64,000 nt of DNA from Gammaproteobacteria bacterium (GCA_965238225.1 OZ250183.1:768001-832000); one strand, 5' to 3'; shown: positions 1-11,352, counted from the stretch's first letter. A program made the numbers and translations. The notes: generated by a model from the letters alone, not told the origin.

Positions 1-90
1 GCCTTCTGGATATTTTACTTGATCATTCCGTCCACCGGAAAAAACTGATGCTGATATAAGTAATAATATAAAAGTAATAATTTTTTTCAT
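1..90 (-). CDS. Partial (runs off window) secreted protein with N-terminal signal peptide
   Basis: Hand translation from ATG at 90: MKKIITFILLLISASVFSGGRNDQVKYPEG; basic-hydrophobic signal peptide; not in the ORF track. Confidence 0.6.
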   Translation of the reverse strand, partial: MKKIITFILLLISASVFSGGRNDQVKYPEG

Positions 91-180
91 GATGCATTTT
101 AAATTTAAAGTGAATAATATTTTCTGAATCCTACATATTCTCTTATTTTTCTTTATTGTAGCCAGATGATTAATTATAGC

Positions 181-888
181 TTAAAAATATTGGACTGATC
201 CAGATACCGCCACCGTTATTTTGCTTTTACCTGCCTTAACGGAAGGCGCACTCATTTTATTCACTGCTGCCACTTGTGCGTGCATGGATGATGGACGATA
301 CCCTTTTTTTGTATTGATATTAAGATTAATAATTCTATGATTTTTCTTTGGCATATTTTTCTTAACAATTTCAACACGAGCCATGAATGCTTGCATAGCT
401 TCTTCGATCAATTCATTTTCAAATTTAACACGCGTCTTCGTGGTCGGGCTAAAAATCATTTGGTTAACTTGTAGCTTCTTCTGAAGTCTACCTACCAACT
501 CTGTCAACGCAGAGATATCTTCGCTTTTAATCTCTACCTGCTGAGCTCCTCGCCAGCCAATGATATTTTTTCTTTTATGAAGGTCTTTATATATGGGATA
601 AGTCTGATAATTTTTGGTATGACTCTCTACGGTTGAATAATTATTAATTACATCAAGCGCCCATTTCATATCTAAGTTTATCTTTTGAGCAAGGCCTGCC
701 ACATTAGAATCTTCATGTTCGGTGGCAAGTAAAACATTCATTTGATCATTTGGAATTTCCTGTTCTGCCTGAGCTTTCAAGTTTACTCTGTTAAACAATG
801 TTGTTTCGGCGGAAAATACAAGAGAAGTATGAGATGCCATCAGGACGGTCAATAATATAAAACCAAATCTTGTTTTTATTTGTATCAT
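181..888 (-). CDS. SIMPL/DUF541 family periplasmic protein
   Basis: Signal peptide, 'AEQEIPNDQM', 'YQTYPIY', C-terminal 'AGKSKITVAVSGSVQ' typical of SIMPL. Confidence 0.8.
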   Translation of the reverse strand: MIQIKTRFGFILLTVLMASHTSLVFSAETTLFNRVNLKAQAEQEIPNDQMNVLLATEHEDSNVAGLAQKINLDMKWALDVINNYSTVESHTKNYQTYPIYKDLHKRKNIIGWRGAQQVEIKSEDISALTELVGRLQKKLQVNQMIFSPTTKTRVKFENELIEEAMQAFMARVEIVKKNMPKKNHRIINLNINTKKGYRPSSMHAQVAAVNKMSAPSVKAGKSKITVAVSGSVQYF

Positions 889-918
889 ATCATTTCCTAC
901 TTTTATCAGGTCAACATC

Positions 919-1399
919 TTATATTGTTAAATTTTCATTTGCAATCACAAAACCATCTTCATCGGCATAGATATAATCACCCAGACTAATGATGACATCA
1001 GAAAAACTAACAGTAATATCGCGCTCACCAATATTTTTTTAACGCTTTTACGAGGATTTTTATTCAAGGCTTTTATTCCTATGGAGATATTGGCGACAAC
1101 AGCAGAATCACGAATACAGCTATAGACAATAACTCCCGCCCAATCGTTATTTTCGCCAAGTTTTTCTAACATATTGCCCAGCAGGGCGCATTTTAATGTT
1201 GCTCCGCCATCGACAATCAATGCCTTGCCTTACTTGGCTCTTCAAGTGCAACCCTTATCAATGCGTTATCTTTAAATACTTCGACTGTTGATATTGACCC
1301 ACAAAATTTCAGATCACCGCCATAATCATTAAACGCCGGAGTTGCTACCCGTAGCTTGTCTTTATATTTATCGTAAAGATCAGCGGTTGTAAAATTTAT
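919..1399 (-). pseudogene. rraA: RraA/MenG-family (ribonuclease E regulator / HMG aldolase) pseudogene
   Basis: Three frames join to give (I)NFTTADLYD..DYGG..FCGSISTV..DNALIR..EEP / GKALIVDGGA..CALLG..N.WAGVIV..CIRD..NPRKSVK / NIGERDITVSF..GDYIYADEDG; two -1 frameshifts (~1230, ~1035) and ATA in place of the start codon. Confidence 0.85.
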
Positions 1400-1461
1400 T
1401 CTAAGATCACCGGGAACGAAAGGGTTTAGATGAAGTCTGTTATGGTTCTGTAGAAGTGGCT

Positions 1462-1812
1462 CTATCCAAAGACAGCTTTTATGTCCTCAAATTTTTCAGT
1501 GATGGCATGGACGTTGGTATAGCCCATTTCTTGTAGCCTTGCTGCAACGAGAGATGCGCGACCACCGCCTGCACAGTGAGTCAGGATTAAGGTATCCGGT
1601 TCGGGACAAAGATTTGGAACTTTCATTTCAATTAAACCGCGGGATATATTGACTGATGCTAAGAGCTGGGACGCCTCGGTATCAGCTGATTCACGGACAT
1701 CAATTATAAAAGCACCCTCAGATTCATCATACAAAGCTTTGGCGGTTGCCACATCGACACAGTTGATAAGCGCTTGTGCTTCTGCAATAAATTCACTCGC
1801 GGGTTTTATCAT
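1462..1812 (-). CDS. Rhodanese-like domain protein
   Basis: IIDVRE, 'ISRGLIE', active-loop CAGGGRA, LQEMGYTNV. Confidence 0.9.
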   Translation of the reverse strand: MIKPASEFIAEAQALINCVDVATAKALYDESEGAFIIDVRESADTEASQLLASVNISRGLIEMKVPNLCPEPDTLILTHCAGGGRASLVAARLQEMGYTNVHAITEKFEDIKAVFG

Positions 1813-2082
1813 TTCCTTCCTCCTTTAATTTTTAATGATATCAAGTATATACCTCAGTCAAGTTCAACGGAAGTCCCTTCAGTTTATCCGTATGCGAAGA
1901 ACTAAAGTTTCACAGTTTATTGTTTGGTATTCCAATCTTTTTTCAATATCTGTGATTTAGATGAACGTGTGTATTTTGGTTCGTAGATATGTCTTGACTT
2001 ACGACCATGGTTATTTTTTGATGATGAATCATGATCATATTTAATATATAATTTCTTTAATTAAATCAAACTCTTATATATT

Positions 2083-3150
2083 ATGACTTGTGAATTAAAA
2101 AATGATCGGTTTGTGCGCGCATTGTTACGGCAATCTGTCGATATCACACCTGTGTGGATGATGCGGCAAGCTGGTCGTTATCTTCCTGAGTACAGAGAAA
2201 CTCGCAAACGTGCTGGTAATTTCTTAAATTTATGTAAAACACCTGAACTTGCCTGCGAAGTTACATTGCAACCGCTTGAACGTTATCCATTAGATGCAGC
2301 AATCTTATTTTCAGATATTTTAACCATTCCAGATGCCATGGGACTTGGCTTGAACTTGGTAGAAAAGGCTGGACCACAGTTTGATAAACCAGTGAGGACG
2401 GCAAGCGAAATCAAGTCACTCTCAGTTCCTGATCCTGAATCTGATTTAGCTTATGTGATGAATGCCGTCAGGCTTATCCGTCAAGAGCTTGGGGGCAGCG
2501 TGCCGTTGATTGGCTTTTCTGGCAGCCCTTGGACACTGGCAGTTTATATGGTTGAGGGCAAACCAAGCAAAGAATTTGGTTTAGTGAAGGGTTTAATGTA
2601 TGACGATCCTGCATCTATGCATCACTTATTAAATATTCTTGCAGATTCCGTCATCTTATATCTGAATGCGCAAATCGCAGCAGGTGCTCAGACTGTAATG
2701 ATTTTTGATACTTGGGGTGGAATTCTAACACCATCAAGTTATCAACAATTTTCCTTGTATTATATGCAGAAAATTTTGAGCCAACTTGACCGTCAGTATG
2801 AGGGACAAACTATTCCTGTCATATTATTTACTAAAGGCGGTGGTGATTGGATTAGAGATATTGCAGCAACAGGGTGTGATGCTATTGGTATAGATTGGAC
2901 TAAAAATATAGGTGACATTCGTGCTGAGGTGGGCAGTCAAGTTGCATTACAAGGAAATCTTGATCCTTGTGTTTTGTACGCATCTTCTGAGGTGATTAGA
3001 AAAGAAGTTGCTTGTGTGCTTGAAAGTTATGGTTACGGAAATGGTCATGTATTTAATCTAGGACACGGGGTACATCAATATGTTAATCCTGAGAATATTA
3101 CTATTTTTATTGACGCGGTGCACGATTTGAGTGCTCAATATCACAACTAG
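2083..3150 (+). CDS. hemE: Uroporphyrinogen decarboxylase
   Basis: [29 protein letters not shown] motifs. Confidence 0.98.
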   Translation: MTCELKNDRFVRALLRQSVDITPVWMMRQAGRYLPEYRETRKRAGNFLNLCKTPELACEVTLQPLERYPLDAAILFSDILTIPDAMGLGLNLVEKAGPQFDKPVRTASEIKSLSVPDPESDLAYVMNAVRLIRQELGGSVPLIGFSGSPWTLAVYMVEGKPSKEFGLVKGLMYDDPASMHHLLNILADSVILYLNAQIAAGAQTVMIFDTWGGILTPSSYQQFSLYYMQKILSQLDRQYEGQTIPVILFTKGGGDWIRDIAATGCDAIGIDWTKNIGDIRAEVGSQVALQGNLDPCVLYASSEVIRKEVACVLESYGYGNGHVFNLGHGVHQYVNPENITIFIDAVHDLSAQYHN

Positions 3151-3167
3151 AGTTACGGTAACAGCCA

Positions 3168-4094
3168 TTGAAAGAATATCTTAAGATAATTTCCAAAGGT
3201 TTTGGTATGGGCGCTGCCGATGTTGTACCCGGCGTGAGCGGCGGTACCGTGGCATTAATATTCGGGATATATATTCGCCTGATTGATGCCATTAAGTCTT
3301 TTGATTTAGTCTGGATCAAAGGCCTCGTTAAATTTAATTTTAAAGTCATATTACATCGACCACACTTTACGTTTTTAATCCCTTTGTTTTTAGGTATTGT
3401 CACCGCGATTTTATTTTTCACGCGTATTGTTTCGTTGCCTGTTTTGATTCGTACACACCCAGAGATAATCTATGCTTTATTTTTTGGGTTAATTTTAGGA
3501 TCAGCTATAGTGCTAATGAAAAAAATAGGAAGTTTGAAATTAAAAATATTTCGATTCGTTATTTTAGGCATCGCCTGCGGCCATCTAATTTTTAATATAG
3601 TGCCTATGGAGACACCGAATTCCAGTTGGTTTATATTTTTAAGTGGTGTTATAGCAATTAGCGCCATGATTTTACCGGGTATTTCTGGTTCTTTTATTTT
3701 GTTAATTTTGAAAAAATATGCCTATATCTTCAATGCGATTGGGCATTTTAATTTTTCTGTCATTATTCCTTTTGTTATGGGAATGGTTGCGGGTCTTGTC
3801 TTATTTAGCCGCGTTTTATCTTGGTTATTAAAAACTTGGTATCAAGAAACACTATCAACGATCATAGGATTACTTGTTGCATCCTTGTGGGTGATATGGC
3901 CATTTCAAGAACGGGCTTACACTCTCATTAGAGGTGAAGAGCAATTATTTGAGTCGAACCCTTATCTACCTCAGCAGATTAATGAAGATGTGACGATAGC
4001 CATCGCAATGATGATCTTTGGATTGCTATTAGTATTAATTTTGAATCATTATTCATCGGATAAATCATTGCCAAAAATAAGGATTAAATACTGA
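3168..4094 (+). CDS. DUF368 membrane protein (undecaprenyl-phosphate translocase family)
   Basis: MGAADVVPGVSGGT and AMILPGISGS repeats, multiple TM segments. Confidence 0.92.
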   Translation: MKEYLKIISKGFGMGAADVVPGVSGGTVALIFGIYIRLIDAIKSFDLVWIKGLVKFNFKVILHRPHFTFLIPLFLGIVTAILFFTRIVSLPVLIRTHPEIIYALFFGLILGSAIVLMKKIGSLKLKIFRFVILGIACGHLIFNIVPMETPNSSWFIFLSGVIAISAMILPGISGSFILLILKKYAYIFNAIGHFNFSVIIPFVMGMVAGLVLFSRVLSWLLKTWYQETLSTIIGLLVASLWVIWPFQERAYTLIRGEEQLFESNPYLPQQINEDVTIAIAMMIFGLLLVLILNHYSSDKSLPKIRIKY

Positions 4095-4163
4095 TGCAAA
4101 TTCAGCATGATCTTTAAAGATTTTTAGGCAGAATATTTATCATACCTTATAATGGGAATGATG

Positions 4164-5678
4164 CTATATGTTAGGTTCGGATAATTTCCTATCTCTAAAA
4201 AAAGAAATCAACAATATCATAAATGCAGCAACAATTATTGGACAATTTCCAAACCTTGCATAAGGTGTCAAACCTTCAAAAGTTTTTACTTTACTGCTCG
4301 TTACATGAGGGATGAATTGTGGTGAACTTGCAATGATTGTCCCTTTTTCATCTATAATGGCGCTGATACCAGTATTAGTTGCACGCAGTATATAGCGACC
4401 TGTTTCTAGCGCTCGCATTCTTGACATTTGTAGATGTTGGTGTGGGGCAATGGAGTCACCGAACCAAGCATCATTGCTAATATTCACTAAAATTGTTGCC
4501 TCAGGCAATGCCAAAATAAGATCTTCGCCAAATATATCTTCATAACAAATTGATACGCCAATGATTTCATTGGCAGCATGAATCACAGGTTTTTTACTGG
4601 TTCCCGGACTAAAATCAGACATCGGAATCTTCATCAGTAGTTCAAAAATAGGTCGCAACCATTCATCAAAAGGCAAATATTCTCCGAATGGCACTAAATG
4701 TTTTTTGTAGTAGATATCATTGCTGCTGCCAATCACTGCAATACCGTTATAAAATTTATTTGAATCAATATCTTTGAAAGGGATACCAACAAGATAATCA
4801 CTATTTTTATTTTTTTCTGATCTTTTTATTTTTTGAAGAAATTCTTGTGCTTGATGATATAAAATGGGGATGGCTGTTTCAGGCCAAATGATTAGTTGGC
4901 TATCATGATATTTTTCTGATAGCGACAGATAGGTATTAAGCGTCTTCTGTCTTTGCCTCGGATTCCATTTTATCTCTTGTGGAATAGCACCTTGAACCAG
5001 CGCTACTGAAAGATCAGCGTTTCTATCTGTTGTCCAGTTAATGCCGCTTAGAACATTTAAACCAAGCCATGCGATGAATAAGATGCTGGCAGCAATTATC
5101 TTTTCCTGCTTAGGAGCCAGACATAGTGCAACGAGTAAAACTGAGATGAATGCTGTAAACCAACTGACGCCATATTGTCCAAACAAAGGAGCAAGGGAGG
5201 CTATAGGGGTATCTATTTGACTGTAACCAATATTAAGCCAAGGGAAGCCAGTAAAAATCCATGAGCGAAACCATTCAGACAAAACCCATAACGTAGGCAT
5301 AATAATGGAAAAGCAATAAATATTTTTATTGGAAAATAAACGTTGATATAAGAAAGCAAACAAAGCAGGGTATAGGGAAAGTAATGCAACCAATGTGAAT
5401 GTAATTATCAACGCACCTGCAAGATTAACCCCGCCGAATACATTTATACTTATGTGTACCCAGTAAATACCAGCGCCAAACATACCAATACCAAAGGCAT
5501 ATCCGAGATATCCTGCATATTTTTCTGTGCTATTGAATACTGTATAAAATAACCATGCCAATGTAATGATAGCGATGACAGGATAGTCATAAGGAGAAAA
5601 AGCTAGAGATAAAAGCGCACCCGCCAAAAGGCAACTGCTAAGCTTCAGTAAATAATTTTTATGTGGCTTAATTTGCAA
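4164..5678 (-). CDS. lnt: Apolipoprotein N-acyltransferase
   Basis: TGFPW, WPETA, KKHLVPFGEY, ICYE, SNDAWFG, RATNTGIS. Confidence 0.97.
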   Translation of the reverse strand: MQIKPHKNYLLKLSSCLLAGALLSLAFSPYDYPVIAIITLAWLFYTVFNSTEKYAGYLGYAFGIGMFGAGIYWVHISINVFGGVNLAGALIITFTLVALLSLYPALFAFLYQRLFSNKNIYCFSIIMPTLWVLSEWFRSWIFTGFPWLNIGYSQIDTPIASLAPLFGQYGVSWFTAFISVLLVALCLAPKQEKIIAASILFIAWLGLNVLSGINWTTDRNADLSVALVQGAIPQEIKWNPRQRQKTLNTYLSLSEKYHDSQLIIWPETAIPILYHQAQEFLQKIKRSEKNKNSDYLVGIPFKDIDSNKFYNGIAVIGSSNDIYYKKHLVPFGEYLPFDEWLRPIFELLMKIPMSDFSPGTSKKPVIHAANEIIGVSICYEDIFGEDLILALPEATILVNISNDAWFGDSIAPHQHLQMSRMRALETGRYILRATNTGISAIIDEKGTIIASSPQFIPHVTSSKVKTFEGLTPYARFGNCPIIVAAFMILLISFFRDRKLSEPNI

Positions 5679-5736
5679 ATGTTTGCAACGTTGCTTAATG
5701 TTAAAAAATAATTTATTAGTTTGCTCTCTAGATTAT

Positions 5737-6597
5737 TTATAAGTCTGTTTCTGATACAGATTTTTTAATCTGGCTCATACGCATTAAGTTTATTTTTCTG
5801 TCATCTGCACGTAACACTTTAACATTAAAGCCTGCAAGTTCTATGATCTCTCCGCGTTTTGGCACATGACCAAATGCTTTAAGTACAAGACCGCCAATCG
5901 TATCGTATTCATTGTCACTGAGTTCTGTGTTAAAAAATTTATTGAATTCATTGATCGGTGTTAATGCTTGAATGGTGTAGCGATTACGTCCATGTGGTTT
6001 TATTTGATCTTTATGATCGATATCATGTTCATCTTCAATTTCTCCAATGATTTCTTCAATGATATCTTCCATGGTGACAAGCCCAGCAACACCTGAATAT
6101 TCATCTACAACAATGGCCATGTGGTGTTTGTTTGAGCGAAATTCTCTTAATAGAATATTAAGACGTTTGCTTTCTGGGACATATGATGCTCTACGCATCA
6201 TATCTTCAATATTAAATTCATTGTTTTCTTTATCAGAAAAATGACTTAATAAATCCTTAGCCATAAGGATACCTGTTATCTCGTCGGTATCATCACCTAC
6301 CACAGGAAATCGTGAATGACCTGATTCAACAACAGTCGCAAGGATATCTTCAGTATCTGCATTATTTTTTATTACAATCATATGTACGCGTGGAATCATA
6401 ATATCTCGCACTTGCATTTCGGAGACCTGTAAAGCCCCTTCAATCATTGTTAGTGTGTCACGATCCAGAAGATTTTTAGTTTCTGATTTTCGCAGAACCT
6501 CAATTAGGTCGTTTCTATTTTCAGGATCACGTGAACATAAATAAATAATTTTTTGCAATATGTTTAACTGACGTTTGTCTGATGTGTTGTTGTCCAT
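5737..6597 (-). CDS. corC: Mg/Co transport protein CorC (CBS + CorC_HlyC)
   Basis: VRDIMIPR, SGHSRFPV, HMAIVVDEY, DTIGG; synteny with lnt/ybeY. Confidence 0.95.
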   Translation of the reverse strand: MDNNTSDKRQLNILQKIIYLCSRDPENRNDLIEVLRKSETKNLLDRDTLTMIEGALQVSEMQVRDIMIPRVHMIVIKNNADTEDILATVVESGHSRFPVVGDDTDEITGILMAKDLLSHFSDKENNEFNIEDMMRRASYVPESKRLNILLREFRSNKHHMAIVVDEYSGVAGLVTMEDIIEEIIGEIEDEHDIDHKDQIKPHGRNRYTIQALTPINEFNKFFNTELSDNEYDTIGGLVLKAFGHVPKRGEIIELAGFNVKVLRADDRKINLMRMSQIKKSVSETDL

Positions 6598-6633
6598 ATG
6601 TGTATCTATATTTTAATATTTATGTTTAAATTT

Positions 6634-7095
6634 TCAGGATGAAGTTATGAGATAAGGGTTATTATAATTTAATTCTTTCAGAATTTTAATTTCAAGATTC
6701 TCCATGTAATCAGCGTCTTTTGGATTGAGGTGATCAAAACCATTTAGATGTAAAACACCATGAACTATCATATGTGCCCAATGCGCATCAATACTCTTAT
6801 ATTGCTCTTTCGCCTCTTTAGTGATTACTGGTGCACAAACAACAATATCACCAAGTAAATTTGGCATGATTTCTGGTTTCTCTTCATAAGTGAAAGATAA
6901 CACATTTGTTGAACCTTTTGATTTTCGCCATTGTTCATTGAGTTGTGTTCCTTCATCCTCGCCAACGATGCGAATGGTTAATTTAGCATTTTCCTTTAAA
7001 CCTCGTAATGCCGTCTTCACCCAAAGTCTTAGTTGGCTTTCATTAGGTAAATTCGGCCAATCTATCGCGTATTGCACGGCTACTTCAATAGACAT
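6634..7095 (-). CDS. ybeY: rRNA maturation endoribonuclease YbeY
   Basis: TNVLSF, HMIVHGVLHLNGFDH. Confidence 0.97.
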   Translation of the reverse strand: MSIEVAVQYAIDWPNLPNESQLRLWVKTALRGLKENAKLTIRIVGEDEGTQLNEQWRKSKGSTNVLSFTYEEKPEIMPNLLGDIVVCAPVITKEAKEQYKSIDAHWAHMIVHGVLHLNGFDHLNPKDADYMENLEIKILKELNYNNPYLITSS

Positions 7096-7102
7096 CTGGC
7101 TT

Positions 7103-8080
7103 TTATTTCCTCAGAGCATGCTTTTCATATGCATTTAATATCTTTGCAATCAAAGGATGCCTTACGATATCTTTTGAAGTAAAAAAGGTAAAGCTTATTT
7201 CTTCCTCTTTCAGGACATCAATTGCCTGACGTAGACCTGACTCCTTGCCTTTGGGTAAATCTGTCTGGGTGATATCGCCAGTAATAACTGCCGTTGACGA
7301 AAAACCTATACGGGTAAGAAACATTTTCATCTGTTCAGCAGTCGTATTCTGAGCCTCATCCAGAATCACAAAAGATTCATTAAGCGTACGTCCGCGCATG
7401 AAGGCCAGCGGCGCAACCTCAATTACATTGCGTTCAATATATTGTTCAACTTGTTTGAAGCCAAACATTTCGTACAAGGCATCATAGAGCGGTTGCAGGT
7501 ATGGATCGACCTTTTGAGTAATATCACCAGGAAGAAAACCAAGATTTTCTCCAGCTTCAATTGCAGGACGTACTAACACAATACGGCGCACGCGATCCTG
7601 TTCCAGTGCAGCTACGGCACAGGCAACAGCGAGATAAGTTTTGCCAGTACCCGCAGAACCAATGCCAAAACTAATATCGTGACTAAAAATATTTTTTAAG
7701 TAACGTCTCTGGTTTGGGCTTCTGCCTCTGATGATTCCACGTTTTGTTTTGATATTTGTATCAGTGTTTATATCATCCTCGACTTCCCGACTAATACCCA
7801 TATCTTGAATATACAAGTGTATTTTTTCAGCGGATAATAATTCTGTTGCTGTTATTTCATAAAGTGATTGCAGAAGTTGTTTTGTGAGATCAACAGATTC
7901 ACTTATACCAATAATGTTAAAAATATTTCCACGATTATTAATCTCAACACCCAGTCTATTTTCAATATGCCGAAGATTTTTATCCAGCGGTCCACATAAG
8001 TTCGCCAGCCTGGGATTATTTGTTGGCTCCAGATGTAAATCTGTTGATTTAGGACGTAAGTTATCGGGCGAGGCGTTCAA
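7103..8080 (-). CDS. ybeZ: PhoH-like ATPase (YbeZ)
   Basis: GSAGTGKT, RPAIEAGE, LAFMRGRT, DEAQN. Confidence 0.95.
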   Translation of the reverse strand: MNASPDNLRPKSTDLHLEPTNNPRLANLCGPLDKNLRHIENRLGVEINNRGNIFNIIGISESVDLTKQLLQSLYEITATELLSAEKIHLYIQDMGISREVEDDINTDTNIKTKRGIIRGRSPNQRRYLKNIFSHDISFGIGSAGTGKTYLAVACAVAALEQDRVRRIVLVRPAIEAGENLGFLPGDITQKVDPYLQPLYDALYEMFGFKQVEQYIERNVIEVAPLAFMRGRTLNESFVILDEAQNTTAEQMKMFLTRIGFSSTAVITGDITQTDLPKGKESGLRQAIDVLKEEEISFTFFTSKDIVRHPLIAKILNAYEKHALRK

Positions 8081-8099
8081 GTATATTTTATAGTGTTGA

Positions 8100-9458
8100 T
8101 CATTGAAGTACTGTTTCTGGTTTTATAACAGGTGCTTGTTGTAATTCGGCGCGTAACGAATTTGGCAATGCTTTGGTAATCAGTACGTTAGCAAATTCCC
8201 CAATGAGTGATGCCGAACCAGTAAAATTCACAGTACGATTATTTTCTGTTTTGCCGCGCAATTTCCCGGCATCTTTTTTGGAAAACCCTTCAACCAGAAC
8301 CTGCATTATTTCTCCGACCATGCTACGGCTAATTTCCATTGATCTGGAATTAATCCTAGTTTGTAAAATATTCAGACGTCCTTTTTTTGTTTCTAACGGC
8401 ACGTCATCATTAAAGGATGATGCAGGGGTTCCGGGTCGCTTGCTGTATATGAAGCTGAATGAATGATCAAAGCCAATTTCATTGATTAAATTCATGGTTT
8501 TCTCAAAATCATCATCAGTTTCGCCAGGGAAGCCGATAATAAAATCTGAAGATAAGCTGATATCAGGTCTGATTTTGCGCAATTTTCGTATTTTTGATTT
8601 GTATTCCAGTATTGTATGTCCTCTTTTCATCAAAGCAAGCACGCGGTCAGAGCCACTTTGAACAGGAAGATGAAGATGGTTTACGAGTTCAGGTACTTTT
8701 GCATAAGTCTCAATCAGTCTATCTGAAAACTCAACAGGATGAGAGGTTGTGTAGCGAATACGCTCTATGCCTTCAACTGCTGCAACATATTCGATGAGAA
8801 ATGCAAGGTCTGCGATTTTGCCATCATACATTTTGCCTCGATAAGCATTAACATTTTGGCCGAGTAAATTAATTTCTTTGACACCTTGCTGAGCGAGTTT
8901 GGCAACTTCATCAATCACATCATCAAAAGTTCGACTAACTTCCTCACCGCGAGTGTAGGGTACAACACAAAAGGTACAGTATTTACTGCATCCTTCCATA
9001 ATGGAAACAAAAGCAGTTGGGCCTTCTGCACGAGCTTCTGGTAAATGATCAAATTTTTCAATTTCAGGAAAAGATATATCAATCACAGATTCTTTTGTTT
9101 TTATGGCGTTCGTTACCATTTCCGGCAGGCGGTGCAAGGTTTGCGGCCCAAAAACTATATCGACATAAGGTGCACGTTCAAAAATATTCATACCTTCCTG
9201 ACTTGCTACACAGCCACCAACACCTATGAGTAGATCGGGTTTGTTATCTTTATAGGATCGCCAGCGACCCAGTTGGGAAAATACTTTTTCTTGAGCCTTT
9301 TCGCGAATTGAGCAGGTATTGAGCAGAATAATATCTGCTTCTTCGGGTTTGTCTGTCTTGGTGGTGCCATGAGATGCAGCGAGGACATCGAGCATTTTGG
9401 CTGAATCATATTCATTCATCTGACAGCCCATGGTCTGGATATATAATTTACGGCTCAT
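8100..9458 (-). CDS. miaB: tRNA-2-methylthio-N6-dimethylallyladenosine synthase
   Basis: GCQMNEYDS, radical [16 protein letters not shown]-terminus. Confidence 0.98.
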   Translation of the reverse strand: MSRKLYIQTMGCQMNEYDSAKMLDVLAASHGTTKTDKPEEADIILLNTCSIREKAQEKVFSQLGRWRSYKDNKPDLLIGVGGCVASQEGMNIFERAPYVDIVFGPQTLHRLPEMVTNAIKTKESVIDISFPEIEKFDHLPEARAEGPTAFVSIMEGCSKYCTFCVVPYTRGEEVSRTFDDVIDEVAKLAQQGVKEINLLGQNVNAYRGKMYDGKIADLAFLIEYVAAVEGIERIRYTTSHPVEFSDRLIETYAKVPELVNHLHLPVQSGSDRVLALMKRGHTILEYKSKIRKLRKIRPDISLSSDFIIGFPGETDDDFEKTMNLINEIGFDHSFSFIYSKRPGTPASSFNDDVPLETKKGRLNILQTRINSRSMEISRSMVGEIMQVLVEGFSKKDAGKLRGKTENNRTVNFTGSASLIGEFANVLITKALPNSLRAELQQAPVIKPETVLQ

Positions 9459-9780
9459 ATACTAAATTTTTGATTGTTCGCAAATGATCTTTAATAAGAA
9501 TTAAGAAGGGAGTGAAGCTACACTGTCTCGGACTGCATTTCCAGTATAATTATTATTGTATTTTACAATGACTTGGGAGGATTCTGAGCAGTTTTGAACC
9601 TATTGTGCACTGTATTTGTGGTATAAATCAGGATTCACTAAACATTTTTGACCGTATCTCGTTAGAATCTATGAGCAAATATTCCAGAGCTTTGGTGTAA
9701 AGTACGGACTAAAAAGTGAAATTTTAAAGCTGTGGAGTAATCTTAAAAGTATGACAGTGGTATGATTACACTTAATTTAA

Positions 9781-9857
9781 GCGCCCGTAGTTCAGCTGGA
9801 TAGAACGTCGGATTCCGATTCCGGAGGTCGCAGGTTCGACTCCTGCCGGGCGTGCCA
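9781..9857 (+). tRNA. tRNA-Arg(CCG)
   Basis: Cloverleaf: GCGCCCG acceptor, D arm GTTC..GAAC, anticodon loop TT-CCG-AT, T arm GCAGG-TTCGACT-CCTGC, 3' CCA. Confidence 0.93.
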
Positions 9858-9944
9858 TTGTGCTTAATCATTATCTTAAATCATTGGCTTTTAAGTTAAG
9901 AAGACACAACAAAGAACACAAGTAAGTGAAAAAATTTATCTGCA

Positions 9945-10040
9945 TCATTAAAATATGAATGAAAGGAAAAAGCAGAACAAGGAGATGCTGGTACATATAT
10001 CTAATTCAAGAGATGTATGAATATGGACAAAGCACTCCTC
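9945..10040 (+). pseudogene. Possible relic of a Sel1-like repeat gene
   Basis: Fragments translate to K-A-E-Q-G-D-A and E-M-Y-E-Y-G-Q, matching the Sel1 consensus AEQGDA.AQ..LG.MY..GQG, interrupted by indels and stops. Confidence 0.4.
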
Positions 10041-10080
10041 TATGTATGTCTATCTACATTGGATAAGTATTTATAATTAT

Positions 10081-10157
<77 letters not shown>

Positions 10158-10476
10158 ATTTGTGATTCTGCATTAACAAACTCATAGTGAATAAGCTTAA
10201 AGCAAGCGGGATTTTGCTGTGAGCATAGGGCTTTGTCAAGAGATATTGTTCATCATATATCAAATACGATAATGGTTTTGTCTGTGACTGTAGGTAGATA
10301 ATTTTTCTTTTATATTTAAGTATGTTTTACGTCCTTTTTTCGGAAAGTCTTTCTGCTGAACAACGCGCCATGTTATTCTGTTTTTCAGTATAATCAATTA
10401 GCCAATAATCAATTGGACAGTACTTAATCAGTCAGTGAGTTAATTGGCAAGCAAGTTAATCTAGGCGGAGAAGTAA

Positions 10477-10896
10477 ATGGAAACACAGCTAAAATGGGCG
10501 GGTGATGCGGTCTTTATCGGAAAAGCATCAAGTGGGCATACTGTAGTTATGGATGGTCCGGCAGAAGGCGGTGGCAAAAATCTTGGTCCAAGACCAATGG
10601 AAATGCTCATTCTCGGCATGGGGGCGTGCAGTGCCTATGATGTTGTTTCGATTCTAAAAAAATCACGTCAGGAAATTACTGATTGTGAGATAAAAATCAC
10701 ATCACAACGTGCGGATAGTGAACCTAAGGTATTTACAGATATTCAACTTCATTTTATTGTTAGTGGTAAAGATATTAAAGAGAAGCAGGTTGAACGATCT
10801 ATAAAACTTTCAGCAGAAAAATATTGTTCTGCTTCAATCATGCTGGGCATGACCGCAAATATCACGCATGATTTTGAGATTATCAATATAGATTGA
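10477..10896 (+). CDS. OsmC family protein (YhfA-like)
   Basis: GPRPMEMLILGMGACSAYDV, SAEKYCSAS. Confidence 0.92.
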   Translation: METQLKWAGDAVFIGKASSGHTVVMDGPAEGGGKNLGPRPMEMLILGMGACSAYDVVSILKKSRQEITDCEIKITSQRADSEPKVFTDIQLHFIVSGKDIKEKQVERSIKLSAEKYCSASIMLGMTANITHDFEIINID

Positions 10897-11007
10897 TTAT
10901 TTTTTAATTATTCTTATGGTCAAGTATCCTAGCTTCGACAACATCCCGATATTTCTGATACTTTTGTTGCTGATGCATATAAAAGGTTTGCATGACAGAA
11001 AAATTAG

Positions 11008-11280
11008 TTAAATTTTATTTATGTTTTCTGCACGTTGTATATAAAATTTAAAAAGACTTGTTCCTTTTTCTACGCTCAATAGTTTATGGTTTGTCTTGGC
11101 GCAGTATACCTCAAAATCAATTACTGAATGCGGGTCAGTGGCCTCGACATAAAGCACCTCACCTGCTTGCATTCGGTTCAGTAATACTTTGGTCTTCAGT
11201 ATCGGTAAAGGGCAGTTCAAACCTTTTGCATCCAACACTTGATTCTCTTTTATGGTCGTTATTGAATTTTCTTTATCCAT
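11008..11280 (-). CDS. tusA: TusA/SirA sulfurtransferase family
   Basis: LDAKGLNCPLPILK, ATDP motif. Confidence 0.88.
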   Translation of the reverse strand: MDKENSITTIKENQVLDAKGLNCPLPILKTKVLLNRMQAGEVLYVEATDPHSVIDFEVYCAKTNHKLLSVEKGTSLFKFYIQRAENINKI

Positions 11281-11352
11281 AATTATTTGTAATTTTTTTA
11301 AGACGGTGCTTATTTTACTGTGTACCCGTAAAAATTACCGCTTCTACAATAG

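Noticed and set aside
3107-3421. Numerous short ORFs overlapping housekeeping genes on other frames or strands
   Set aside because: Overlap well-supported genes and lack recognisable motifs
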